Below are positions 1-10,100 of a DNA stretch of 64,000 bases, piece by piece. Source of the stretch: an uncultured bacterium. GTDB taxonomy: Bacteria; CAYUVA01. The stretch is taken from assembly GCA_964448115.1 (NCBI GenBank), contig CAYUVA010000009.1:1-64000 (forward strand), read 5' to 3'. Within the stretch, counting starts at the first letter, position 1. Every line of letters begins with the position of its first letter. Both the position numbers and the translations under genes were made by a program. The notes under the pieces are model-generated. The model made no database searches. It was given only the letters and a program-made list of their open reading frames with translations, and was not told the origin of the DNA.

Positions 1-1052
1 TGATCCTCTTAAACAAGAGTTTAACCACGATCTCTGCGTTCCCTTTTTCCCGGTTTATCGTAGTGCGTTCAGCTTGCTGGAGGTGTGGATGACAGATCAG
101 CCTGCCGCAGAGGCTTTTTCAAAGATAAAGGGTATTCTTCGTTTTAGCATAACCAAATTGTGTTTGGGCTATCTGCGAAAGAAACATGACCAATCTCTCT
201 CAGAAGGTCATGATGAGCCAATAGGTCAGCCCTTGTTAGAAAGAGATTTCAACTCCGAGACTTTGAATAGCGATTCTTTTTCAATTCCCGATGAGGAAGA
301 CGAACAGATTGAGGAGGAAACTCTCAAACAAAAGACCGAGTCTGCTGTATCATTTGAAGAAGTGCCTAGTAAAGAGAAACCTGGTTCACAAAGTGTGAAC
401 GAAGTAGAAATACTATCCAAGGAGATTGATGAGATCGTAGAAGATACTAAAAGTAGCTCAATAATAGTGCAAGTGGAGGAGAATGAGGGTACTAACATCA
501 CAGATTGGGAGGATAATCCCGATAAAAATGTGATTGAAGATGAAGAAGCTATCGGCTCCAATGTTCAAATAACACTTTCCTCTGAACAAGAAACATCTGC
601 GACAGATATAAATGATAAGTATATACAAGTTTCTCATAAGAGAAAACCAGTGGAAAGAGGAGGTAGGTCTCGAAGCAAAGCTAAGGCGCTATAAGGTTGA
701 GGTGGACAAAAAAGAGCTTGCCATTCCTTTGCGGGATTTCCGCGATGCTGAAGAGGTTGAAAATAAGCATAAAAAATCCTATTTTAGAATACTGATCCGC
801 AGTAAAGGCGAACAACTAAATGAAGCTATTATTGGTGTTGTTCTAGTTGAAGAAACTACAATATCTCCCCCTCCACCTCCGATTGTAATTGGTGGCAGAA
901 AAAAGAGAAATGGTAAAGGTTACAGTATAAAAGAGATCGAGAAAGCAAATATACCATTAGCGAGTGTAAAACAGTCTAAAATACCTTATGACAAGCGCAG
1001 GAAAAGCTTACATTCATGGAATGTTGAGAGACTTAAACATTTTAGGATTTAG
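1..1052 (+). pseudogene. 5'-truncated acidic hypothetical protein, probably one disrupted gene (frames <2-694 and 612-1052), ending in an eL13-like domain
   Basis: The frame of ORF 74-694 is open back to base 2 and has a D/E-rich linker. The overlapping ORF ends RNGKGYSIKEIEKANIPLASVKQSKIPYDKRRKSLHSWNVERLKHF. Confidence 0.5.
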
Positions 1053-1055
1053 AAA

Positions 1056-1710
1056 ATGGATGTAATGAATCTTACAAAACAAGTCGAAGAAAGGTATGGG
1101 CGCTATATTGAAACTGCCTTTTACTTCCAGGATCCCGACTTTGTTGGCAGAATAGGAAATGGGGAATTAATCGAGGCTATCCGTGATCCTGGTGATCCAT
1201 CATTTAAGGTAACTTTTTTCGCCCCTTTGAAGAAGATTGGAACGAAGCAGCAAGTGATGAAAATAATAAGGTTAACGCCAATCTGTTTCAACTTTGTCTT
1301 GAATGCGGAGCAATAATCCCCTATAAGTCCAAAGAAAACCAGCTATCATGTGGACATAGCCATTGGATTCTAGCTGAGCGACAAGATGAAGCTCAGCAAA
1401 AAGAAGATCGACTTCCAAGGTGTAGCGTCTTAGGAGATGATACATGTTTTACCCTTGCTGAAGCGGAAGTTTCAAGCGATTTCAGAACGATAAAAAAGCT
1501 TGAGGATATTTAGGCAAGAGAAGGAGATTATGACACTGCCAAATGGGCTAAGCTTCGCTCTAATGCAATTGTTGAGGAAGATGTCCTCTCCTTTCTCTCA
1601 CGCAAGGCTGTGATCCCCAAATATGGTTTTCCGGTAGATGTAGTAGAATTGGACACCCAATCGCTAGGGACATCGGAATCCTCTGAAATCTTACTTCAAA
1701 GAGACCTCAT
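1056..1710 (+). pseudogene. Heavily deleted DEAD/DEAH-box DUF1998-type (DruE/DrmB-like) helicase remnant
   Basis: N-terminus MDVMNLTKQVEERYGRYIETAFYFQDPD. Cys segment LCLECG..SCGH in another frame. VLSFLSRKAVIPKYGFPVDVVEL..LQRDL with an in-frame TAG at 1511-1513. No Walker or DEAH motifs remain. Confidence 0.65.
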
Positions 1711-1945
1711 TGTAATAGGCGATGTACTCTTGGGGCAGCTTTATGGCATGATCCTCGTTGAAAATAAAGTAAGCCATAAGCCGCGCAATTTTCTGGATCG
1801 GGAAACCATAGGAAAGCTCCTCGGTCTGCTTCCCCTCGAAGCTAGGATCTTCTACATGGTGAAGTTCTGGTGTGCTTTGCGCCACGTACGGGGAGTTTGG
1901 TTCTTTGTGGCACACGAGTGGTACAGGGTGTAAAGAGATTTCACT
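1710..1945 (-). mobile_element. Possible degenerate IS transposase (integrase-core) scrap
   Basis: Minus-strand peptide FIFNEDHAIKLPQEYIAYYN resembles the C-terminal segment of rve integrase-core transposases and abuts the helicase breakpoint. Confidence 0.3.
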
Positions 1946-2002
1946 TGTTTGTTTTCATCGGCGGTGCTCGGATGTCCGTTTCACGGTCTTTTTTCCTAAC
2001 GA

Positions 2003-2076
2003 TACGCCCAGAGGGATTCGAACCCCCGACCTACTGATTCGTAGTCAGTCGCTCTATCCAGCTGAGCTATGGGCGC
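2003..2076 (-). tRNA. tRNA-Arg(ACG), 3' CCA not encoded
   Basis: Reverse complement GCGCCCATAGCTCAGCTGGATAGAGCGACTGACTACGAATCAGTAGGTCGGGGGTTCGAATCCCTCTGGGCGTA folds as a cloverleaf with anticodon loop CT-ACG-AA. Confidence 0.97.
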
Positions 2077-2261
2077 ATATAAATAAAAACAAGGTCTAAT
2101 TATTTTCACTATTTTTCTTGTGTTCAATTTTTGACCATATTAAGTGGACCCGATTCATTGGACAGCAAATCGACATAATTAAGTTAGATTTTGCTTCGGT
2201 ATTACTATAGCTCTTCATTTTTACTTAGTTCCTTTTTGCTATCGCAAATCATCATGTAAAA

Positions 2262-2290
2262 AACCTAACATTCGTCGAAAAGAATGTCAA
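2262..2290 (-). promoter_or_regulatory. Putative sigma70 promoter pointing toward tRNA-Arg
   Basis: Minus strand TTGACA-N17-TAGGTT with TG extension. Confidence 0.4.
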
Positions 2291-2525
2291 GAAAAACTTT
2301 ACTTTTAATACAACTCCCATATAATTTTTTCCCCTATCCACAAGATAGGGCTTGGCTGGGGAGTCCCGATAAATCGGGAAGCGCCAAGAGGAGCGACAAG
2401 ACAAAATGGGCAGGGCAACTATCCTGCCTTCTTTACTGCAACATTCGCTAACTTACTTGACTTTAATAAAATATTTTTATAAATATTGAATGTTATGATA
2501 AATATTTTCTTTTGCTAGGTTTAAC

Positions 2526-2795
2526 ATGTCGGTTACATGGGAAAGCAAGGGCTACTGGTGGTTGCCAGAAGTGAACAAAAAGGTTGCTGGTACAATAATA
2601 TTTGATACTGATAAGGGTATTATATTAGATTTATTTGGAAAATTAACTGATGATATTGATTTTTGCTATAAAAATTGCGAAATTATAAATGGCCAACTAC
2701 ATAATGGCGTTCTAATTACATTGTTCGATAGCTTCGATTTAAAAGATATTTTTCTCCTAAAAATAATGTACCAACAAGTTATTTTTAATAAATGA
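2526..2795 (+). pseudogene. Truncated ApeA-like protein (N-terminal domain only, HEPN part missing)
   Basis: ESKGYWWLPE..VAGTIIFD..GIILDLFG..IINGQLHNG..ITLFD matches the ApeA N-terminal pattern. It is only 89 aa and very AT-rich. Confidence 0.6.
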
Positions 2796-2880
2796 AGCCA
2801 ACAGCAATATATTAATATAAAATATGGGTTAACAATATGGTTGAATACTTATAATAAAATATTTGTTATTACACGATCCG

Positions 2881-5280
2881 ATGAGCAAGATATTGCTACT
2901 GGGGTTGGCGCCGCTGCCCTTTGAGAATACAACCAAGACCTTCGGTCCTGGTATCCGCGCCTGGCAGTTCGCCAAACCGCTGATAAGTCAGGGACACGAG
3001 CTGCTGCTAATCGCCTCTCGCATACCGTTCGTATATAAGGATCGTCCCAGAGTCGAGGTTATCTCCCAACAGGACAACTTCAAATACATACAGGTCGAAC
3101 AGCAGGAGTTCGAGATGGGAGACCTGCTGCACAAGCAAATCAAGGAGTTCGAGCCTGATTGCATCGTCGGCGCTACCTCATTCCCATCGTACATAGCCTC
3201 GCTGCTTGAGGGCGACCTGCCTGCCTGGATGGATCTCTTCGGCTCGGTGATGGCAGAGGCTCAGGCGAAGGCTTACGCTTACGGCGATGACAGCTACATC
3301 CGCCACTTCTGGCGCCACACCGAGGCTGCACTGGACAGGGGCGATGCCTTCTCCAGCGTCTCCAACTACCAGAAATACGCGCTGATCGGCGAGCTTGGAA
3401 CCAGGGGGAGGCTCAACGCTGCAACCGCCGGCTACGAGTTCGTGCATACCATCCCCTGCGGCATCGAGGGAGAGCCGTATAAGCACACCAGGCAGGTAAC
3501 CAGGGGGATCGACACCCCAAAGGACGCCTTCATCGTGCTACACAGCGGGGGCTACAACACCTGGATGGATGTCAAGACCCTCTTTCACGGCCTGGAAAAG
3601 GCGATGGCAAAAGACCCCTCGATTTACTTCGTATCCACCGGCGGAGCCATACAGGGGCACGACGAGATGACCTATCCTTGGCTGGAAAAGGCTGTCACTG
3701 GCTCGCGCTTCAAGGGGCGCTTCATCTTGAAGGGATGGCAGCCCAAGGATGATGTCCATAACTATTACTTCGAGGCTGATGTGGGGATCAACCTCGACAA
3801 GCATATCTACGAGGGGCTTTTAGGGAGTAGAAACCGCTTCCTCGATTGGATGCGAGCCGGGTTGATCGCGGTTACCACCGAGCTATGCGAGCTATCCAGC
3901 GAGCTTATAAACATGGAGCTTTTCTTCAAGGTCAATGCCAAAGACGCGGACCATCTCGCCCAGGTGCTGCTTAAACTAAGCGCCGATAGGGATAAACTCC
4001 CCGAATTAAGGCGAGAAGCCAGCGAGTTCGTGTTCAAGCGCTACAGCTTCGAGGAGACCACCAAGCCCCTGATAGCCTGGGCGGATTCACCCAAGCGGGC
4101 GCCAGATGCGCAAAGAGCCGTTGATATGGTAACTCCCCTCCAAGCCAGGCTCGACCGCGAATCAAAGAAAATTCAGCGATACTTGCAGAAGCTTGAAGCG
4201 GTGCTCGATGCAAAAAATAGCGAGCTGCTTGAGCTTAGGCGCTATCTTAGACATGTGGAGAGCGAGAACCGCAAGATACTAAGCCAGCCCTGGATGTTCG
4301 CCTTATATAAGCTCAAAGAGCTGATATTCAAAGGCAAGCAAAAAAAAAATGACTGGCGACCGCTGAAACCGCTGCCCAAAAAGCCGCTCGTATCGGTTGT
4401 TATCGTAACCTATAACTCCCAGGATGTTATCGAGGATTGCCTGCATAGTTTATACGCCTCCAAGTACCACAACATGGAGGTCATCGTGGTGGATAATGAC
4501 TCAAGCGATAACACGGTGGAGATTATTAAAAGGAAATTCCCTGGAATTAAGGTGATCGAAGCGGGCGAGAACCTCGGTTTCGCGGGAGGTAATAATCTCG
4601 GTTTCAGGCACGCTAGCGGGCAAATCATCTTTATGCTCAACCCGGACACGGTCATTGAGCCAGGGACAATTGGCAGCCTGGTCGAGTTCATGGCCAGCGA
4701 TACCAGAGGCGAGATCGGCATGGTCGGCTGCAAGCTGTATAACAGCGATAAGAAGACCTTGCAGCACTGCGGGGGCATTCTGCATCCCAATGCGCTGACC
4801 GATCATTTCGGCGCTGGCGAGGCTGACAGCGGGCTTTACGAGCGAATGCGCGATGTTGACTATGTTACCGGCGCTGCGCTCGCCTTCAGGGCTGATTTGC
4901 TTGATGTTATCGGGCAACTACCCACCATCTACTATCCTGCCTACTACGAGGAGCTTGATTTCTGCTGCCGCGCCAGGAAGGCAGGCTATCGGGTGGTTTA
5001 CTATCCCAAAGCGAAGCTGGTGCACAAGGAATCGACCATCCTGGGCAAGCTGAGCCAGCGCTTCCTTTACCTGTATCACCGCAATCGCCTGATATTCGTG
5101 CTTATGAACTACTCGCTGCGCGGAATATTTGATCGTTTCTTACCCGCTGAGCTAGGATGGCTGAAGAATGCTCGCCCAAGGGATCAGCTAAAGGCGTTGT
5201 TAAAGGCATATAGTTACAATATAATCAAGCTGCCGATTACATTATTCACCCGATGGTTCAGGGTGAGACGAAGATTGTAA
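2881..5280 (+). CDS. Bifunctional glycosyltransferase: GT-B (GT4-like) + coiled coil + GT2
   Basis: C-terminal VSVVIVTYNS, VVDNDSSD, NLGFAGGNN, LNPD and YYEELD are GT2 motifs. N-terminal region has a GT-B pattern. ATG at 2881 preferred as start. Confidence 0.85.
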   Translation: MSKILLLGLAPLPFENTTKTFGPGIRAWQFAKPLISQGHELLLIASRIPFVYKDRPRVEVISQQDNFKYIQVEQQEFEMGDLLHKQIKEFEPDCIVGATSFPSYIASLLEGDLPAWMDLFGSVMAEAQAKAYAYGDDSYIRHFWRHTEAALDRGDAFSSVSNYQKYALIGELGTRGRLNAATAGYEFVHTIPCGIEGEPYKHTRQVTRGIDTPKDAFIVLHSGGYNTWMDVKTLFHGLEKAMAKDPSIYFVSTGGAIQGHDEMTYPWLEKAVTGSRFKGRFILKGWQPKDDVHNYYFEADVGINLDKHIYEGLLGSRNRFLDWMRAGLIAVTTELCELSSELINMELFFKVNAKDADHLAQVLLKLSADRDKLPELRREASEFVFKRYSFEETTKPLIAWADSPKRAPDAQRAVDMVTPLQARLDRESKKIQRYLQKLEAVLDAKNSELLELRRYLRHVESENRKILSQPWMFALYKLKELIFKGKQKKNDWRPLKPLPKKPLVSVVIVTYNSQDVIEDCLHSLYASKYHNMEVIVVDNDSSDNTVEIIKRKFPGIKVIEAGENLGFAGGNNLGFRHASGQIIFMLNPDTVIEPGTIGSLVEFMASDTRGEIGMVGCKLYNSDKKTLQHCGGILHPNALTDHFGAGEADSGLYERMRDVDYVTGAALAFRADLLDVIGQLPTIYYPAYYEELDFCCRARKAGYRVVYYPKAKLVHKESTILGKLSQRFLYLYHRNRLIFVLMNYSLRGIFDRFLPAELGWLKNARPRDQLKALLKAYSYNIIKLPITLFTRWFRVRRRL

Positions 5281-5293
5281 CCGCTCTTTCCAA

Positions 5294-6139
5294 ATGCGAG
5301 ACAAGGAGTTTTCGATGCGTAAAAGTGCCCTGTTTTCGATTGTGATGTCGATCCTGATGGTGGTGATGCTGGCGCTGGCTTGCACAAAAGCCAAGGATGC
5401 TGATGACTACTTTGCGGCTGGCAAGCAAGCCTTCGAGAATAAAGAGTATGACAAAGCCATCGAGCATTATCAAAAGGCTTTAGCACTGGAGCCGAACTCG
5501 TTCTATGGCTACAACCTGCTCGGCATGGCTTATCGCTTCAAGTTCCTCGCCAGCGGCGTCAAGCATTACAGGCAAAAGGAGGTCGAAGCCTTCAAAAAGG
5601 CTATCTCGCTGGAGCCGGAGTACTGGGTTGCGCTGATCAACCTGGGAACAACGCTGTATCATTCCGGCAGTCGCAAGGCTGGCGCCGTTTACCTCAAGAA
5701 GGCGCTGGAGGTCAATCCCAACCACCCCGAACGACAAGAGATTCAAAGGATGATCGATACAGCCAGCCAGGAGGATTACTTTGCAAAGGGTATAGAGGCT
5801 TTCCATGACCAGGATTATGATAAAGCCATCGAACATTATCTCAATGGTATCGAGCGGGAGCCCGACTCGACTGAGGGCTACAACCTGCTCGGCATGGCTT
5901 ATCGCTTCAAGTACAACATGTCCGGCAATGATGAGTACCGAGACAAGGAGATCGAGGCGTTCAGAAAGGCTATCGAGCTGAATCCGCGCAACTGGATGGC
6001 GCATATAAACCTGGGCATGAGCCTGCGACTTAGCGGCAAGGTGAGTAAGGGGAATGAGCATCTGAAAAAGGCGCTTGAAATCAATCCAGATCACCCCGAA
6101 AGGGACGATATCTTGAAAATGATAAGCAAGGATGATTAA
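5294..6139 (+). CDS. TPR-repeat lipoprotein built from two tandem ~123-aa units
   Basis: Lipobox LALAC, TPR motifs, internal duplication. Confidence 0.85.
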   Translation: MRDKEFSMRKSALFSIVMSILMVVMLALACTKAKDADDYFAAGKQAFENKEYDKAIEHYQKALALEPNSFYGYNLLGMAYRFKFLASGVKHYRQKEVEAFKKAISLEPEYWVALINLGTTLYHSGSRKAGAVYLKKALEVNPNHPERQEIQRMIDTASQEDYFAKGIEAFHDQDYDKAIEHYLNGIEREPDSTEGYNLLGMAYRFKYNMSGNDEYRDKEIEAFRKAIELNPRNWMAHINLGMSLRLSGKVSKGNEHLKKALEINPDHPERDDILKMISKDD

Positions 6140-6151
6140 AAGGAAGGGCTT

Positions 6152-7102
6152 ATGGAAACCTATCGTCTCGGCATTGTAGGTGCGGGGCACATGGGCAAGA
6201 TCCACGCCCGCATCCTCAAGGATATCCCCCAGGTCGAGATTGTCGGCATCGCTGATATCGATCTTCGAGCAGCCTCGCGTCTGGCATCCGAGCATAGCGC
6301 TAACTACTACACCCACTGGGAGGAGATGCTCCCGGAGATAGACATCATCTTCGTGGCAACTCCCAACACCTTCCACACCGATGTTGTGCTGGCAGCGCTG
6401 GAACGCGATATTCATGTCTTCTGCGAGAAACCGATGGCAGCCACCCTGGAGGACGCTAGGCGCGTTTATGAGGCTGCCAATAGCTCCAGGGGGAGGTATC
6501 AGCTCGGCTTCAACAAGCGGTTTACCCCGGTCTATCGCACATTGAAGGAGCTAATCGTACAAGGCTTCAAGCTGTACTCGGCACATATCAAGCGCAACCG
6601 TGGCGAGCTGCAGGATCCCTTCTGGGTCTCGGACCGCAAGATAACCGGCGGTTTCTTGAACGAATCGACCGTGCACCTGCTCGATCTATCGATGTGGCTT
6701 TTCGGCGATGTGGTAAGGTTCGTCTGCTGGGGGAAGAAGGATTGCTACCACGAGTACGATGACTTTCACATACTATTCGAGTTCAGCTCCGGCTTGGTTG
6801 CATCATTCACCTCTTGTGCGCACTCCAGTTGGGTCTTCCCCTTCGAGAGCATCGAGGTTTACGGCGAGCATAGCTCGATCATCACCGAGGAGATGGAGAG
6901 GATAACCCACAGCCCCGGCATCAAGGAGGAGGTCATTCGTCGCGATTTCAGCCATCTTGATCCCGAAGACAAGTGGGGCTATCGGGCAGAGGACATCGCC
7001 TTTATCGAAGCGATAGTGAACGACCTCGAGCCAGCAGTATCTCAAAAGGATGGTCTGCGCAGCGCAGAGCTGGTCGAGGCGCTATACCAATCGATTGAAT
7101 AA
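6152..7102 (+). CDS. Gfo/Idh/MocA family oxidoreductase
   Basis: GIVGAGHMG Rossmann motif; HVFCEKPMA. Confidence 0.92.
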   Translation: METYRLGIVGAGHMGKIHARILKDIPQVEIVGIADIDLRAASRLASEHSANYYTHWEEMLPEIDIIFVATPNTFHTDVVLAALERDIHVFCEKPMAATLEDARRVYEAANSSRGRYQLGFNKRFTPVYRTLKELIVQGFKLYSAHIKRNRGELQDPFWVSDRKITGGFLNESTVHLLDLSMWLFGDVVRFVCWGKKDCYHEYDDFHILFEFSSGLVASFTSCAHSSWVFPFESIEVYGEHSSIITEEMERITHSPGIKEEVIRRDFSHLDPEDKWGYRAEDIAFIEAIVNDLEPAVSQKDGLRSAELVEALYQSIE

Positions 7103-7159
7103 CAAGAGGATTTTGTTTTAATTTTCATTTTAAGCTACAATAACATAAAGGACAGATAG

Positions 7160-10100
7160 ATGGGTAGGTTTGCGATCATGAGACGGGGAGATCCTTTATC
7201 AGGCATCCTTCTTTTGCTTTTATTTTCATCAGCCTTTGCCTCCAATGTGGAGAGACAAAGGGAATTTATCGAGAGGATCGGCTACTACTGGGTACAGGTA
7301 CCCGGCTATGAGATGGAGTTGATGGTCATACCGGGCAATAACGACTGGGCGCTCGAATATCTTAAAGATCCGCTCAATCACCCTTTCGGACAGCGAATCA
7401 AGGCTTGGGAAAAAACGCACGGGCACTATGGCTATCCATTCTGGATGACCCGCCTGGCAAGGGAGATCCTCGGATTGCCCGACTATCCAGAGCTGGAGGA
7501 TATACCGACTACCGAATGCAGCGGTGAGATCGTGTTTCCGCCAAAGGGAGGCTGGCTGTGCAACGCCGTAGAGCAGGGCGCCAAAGGCTCCAAGGGGGAT
7601 GATGTCCTTTATATCAAGATCTATAACTACGATGCGCAGAGTGGTTGCCCAAACTGCGGAGATTTTCTTAACACTGCCGACATCAGGCTAGCAGCGTATT
7701 ATAAGAATGGCTCCTCATGGGCTTGCCTGGGCATGACAAACTACTGCAATGAGTGCTGCTATGGACAAAGCGACCTCCCCAAGACATTCAGTGTAACCCT
7801 GGGCAGCCACTCCACCTTGTATGATGTGAAGATAGGAGCCATAGACTACGACTCGGCGAACGATGATGATCTCTGGTGCGAGAACAACCACTATAATATC
7901 GGAAGCCCCGGCATCTCCAGGGGGTGGCGGAATCTTGATGGAGATTTATCCACCGACTGTGGATCCGGCACCGGCACCTGCCGTGATTCGCCTAAGATGA
8001 AGGCTGACTACGAGGTCTGGTATGGCGACAACGGCATTGATGATCCGAGCTGGTCTTCCACACCGAACGCCTCCACCTGGTACAAGAGCTTCAATTTCAG
8101 TTGGATACTCCCCTCGGACAGGAGCGGCATCCAGAAGTCTGAGCTGCACTTCAGCTCCAACACTATCTTTAGCAGCGCTGATGAAAAGATCTATACGCTC
8201 TATGGCTCGGACAACATGCAGAGCGTAGGCGGAGGTCAAGGCTTGGCTGATCGTGATGGCTGGTACTACGCGGTCATTGTCTATGATAATGCCGGTAATC
8301 CGAGCGACTACAATGACAACGGCTTAGCGGTATTCAGGTTCGATGCCACCAATCCATATCACAGCGATAGCTCCAACCTGCTGGTCTCGGATGAGGCGAC
8401 CTCGGATGCGAGCGCTTATGACTGGGGTGGCTCCGATGCCAAGATAAACATGTCAGCAGCCAACGATGCCACCAGCGGCAGGGCTTATTATCAGTATGAC
8501 CGCGACAATGACCCATCGGATCAGTCCCAGCAGACCAACTGGTCTAACAACATAACCGTAAGCATCCCCGGCTGGATGAACTCGGATGGCTACCATACGG
8601 TCTATGTGCGCATAGTAGATAATGCGGGCAATGACATAGTGGTCTCGGACACGCTATACTGCGATGTGAAAGATCCGACCATCGATAAGCCGCAGTTCAG
8701 CGCTCCCACGGATACCAGCGAGCTTTCTTTCACCTCCAATCCTTATGATTCAGGCTCCGGGGTCGATAATGTCCGCTGCCAGATCACCGAGGATGGGATA
8801 ACCATTTATGATGATTGGGTCGGAAGCGACGGGGATGTAACCATCTATGACGGGGAGCACAACAAGACATATCGGGCATACATGTACGCCAGGGATGAAT
8901 CGGGCAGGACAGGCAGCGGTCAGTGGAGCGACCCGGTGACCCTGGACTGGAATCCGGCTTCTCCTTCTGGCTTGAGCGTGAACTACACAGCCGGAGGGGT
9001 TGGCTTGAGCTGGTACGATAACTCCTCCAACGAGACCGATTTCAGGGTGGAGAAGGGTGAAAATGGCACTACCTGGAGCGAGATCGGCTCACCGACAAGT
9101 CCAAGCTATAACTATAGCTGGCTATCTGGGGACACGAACAAGCGTTTCAACTTCAGGGTGCGAGCGCACAGATACTATCAGAGCGGGCACTACTACTCGG
9201 CATACAACACGAACAGCAACTGGTACTATGCTCCGCCGGCGGCGCCAAGCCAGCTCGAGGCGAATAATGTAACCAACACCTCGATAAACTTCCGCTGGAA
9301 TGATAATTCAGCCTACGAGACCGGATTCAAGGTGGTCTTGAGCGGAGTAGGTACAAGGACTGCGGATCCAGACACTGAGTACTATAGCTGGACGAGCCTG
9401 ACACCCAATACGAACTATACCTCGACCATATATGCATACATCAACGCCAGTGGCGGTTATCCAGGCGACAGCGAGCCATCCAACACCAGGATGACCTGCA
9501 CACTGGCGAGCATCCCCGCCGCCCCGACGGTCAGCAGTTACCCGCAGGATATGCACCGCCTGAATGTGAAGGTCAATCACGGCACCGGCAATCCCGANNN
9601 NNNNNNNTACGTCATCAAGGTTACTTATGCAGGGAAGGTTACCAAGTATGTGGATGCATCAGGCAACCTGGTTGACAGCATGGTCTGGCGGACGCGGGGA
9701 GACTGGGGAGGCAGCAGCGGCATCGATGTTGTCGGCTTGCAGCCGGGCACGCAATACTGTTTTTCCTGCTTTGCCCGCAACTTGAATAGTGTGATCACAG
9801 AGGAAGGAGGCATTGCCTGTGGAACCACCTCTGCGCCGACCTCCACGCCGACCAGAACCCCTAGCGACACTCCGACCTTAACTCCCACGGACACGCCAAC
9901 GACTACACCGACTGTTACCCAGACCCCGACTCGCACTCCAAGCAGAACTCCGACCAACACTCCATGCTATGTAGATGATCCCCTGGAGGCGACGCCGGGG
10001 AATGATACCCCCTTCGATGCACCATTCATTGCGCCCAACGGCATCCCGGTGCAGGAGTTATTCTGCACATCGACCGACCCGGACTGGCATCGGGTCTATG

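Noticed and set aside
5480-6415. 311-aa antisense ORF (likewise 37577-38518 and other shadow ORFs)
   Set aside because: They lie opposite well-supported genes, show no motifs, and are expected from codon bias.
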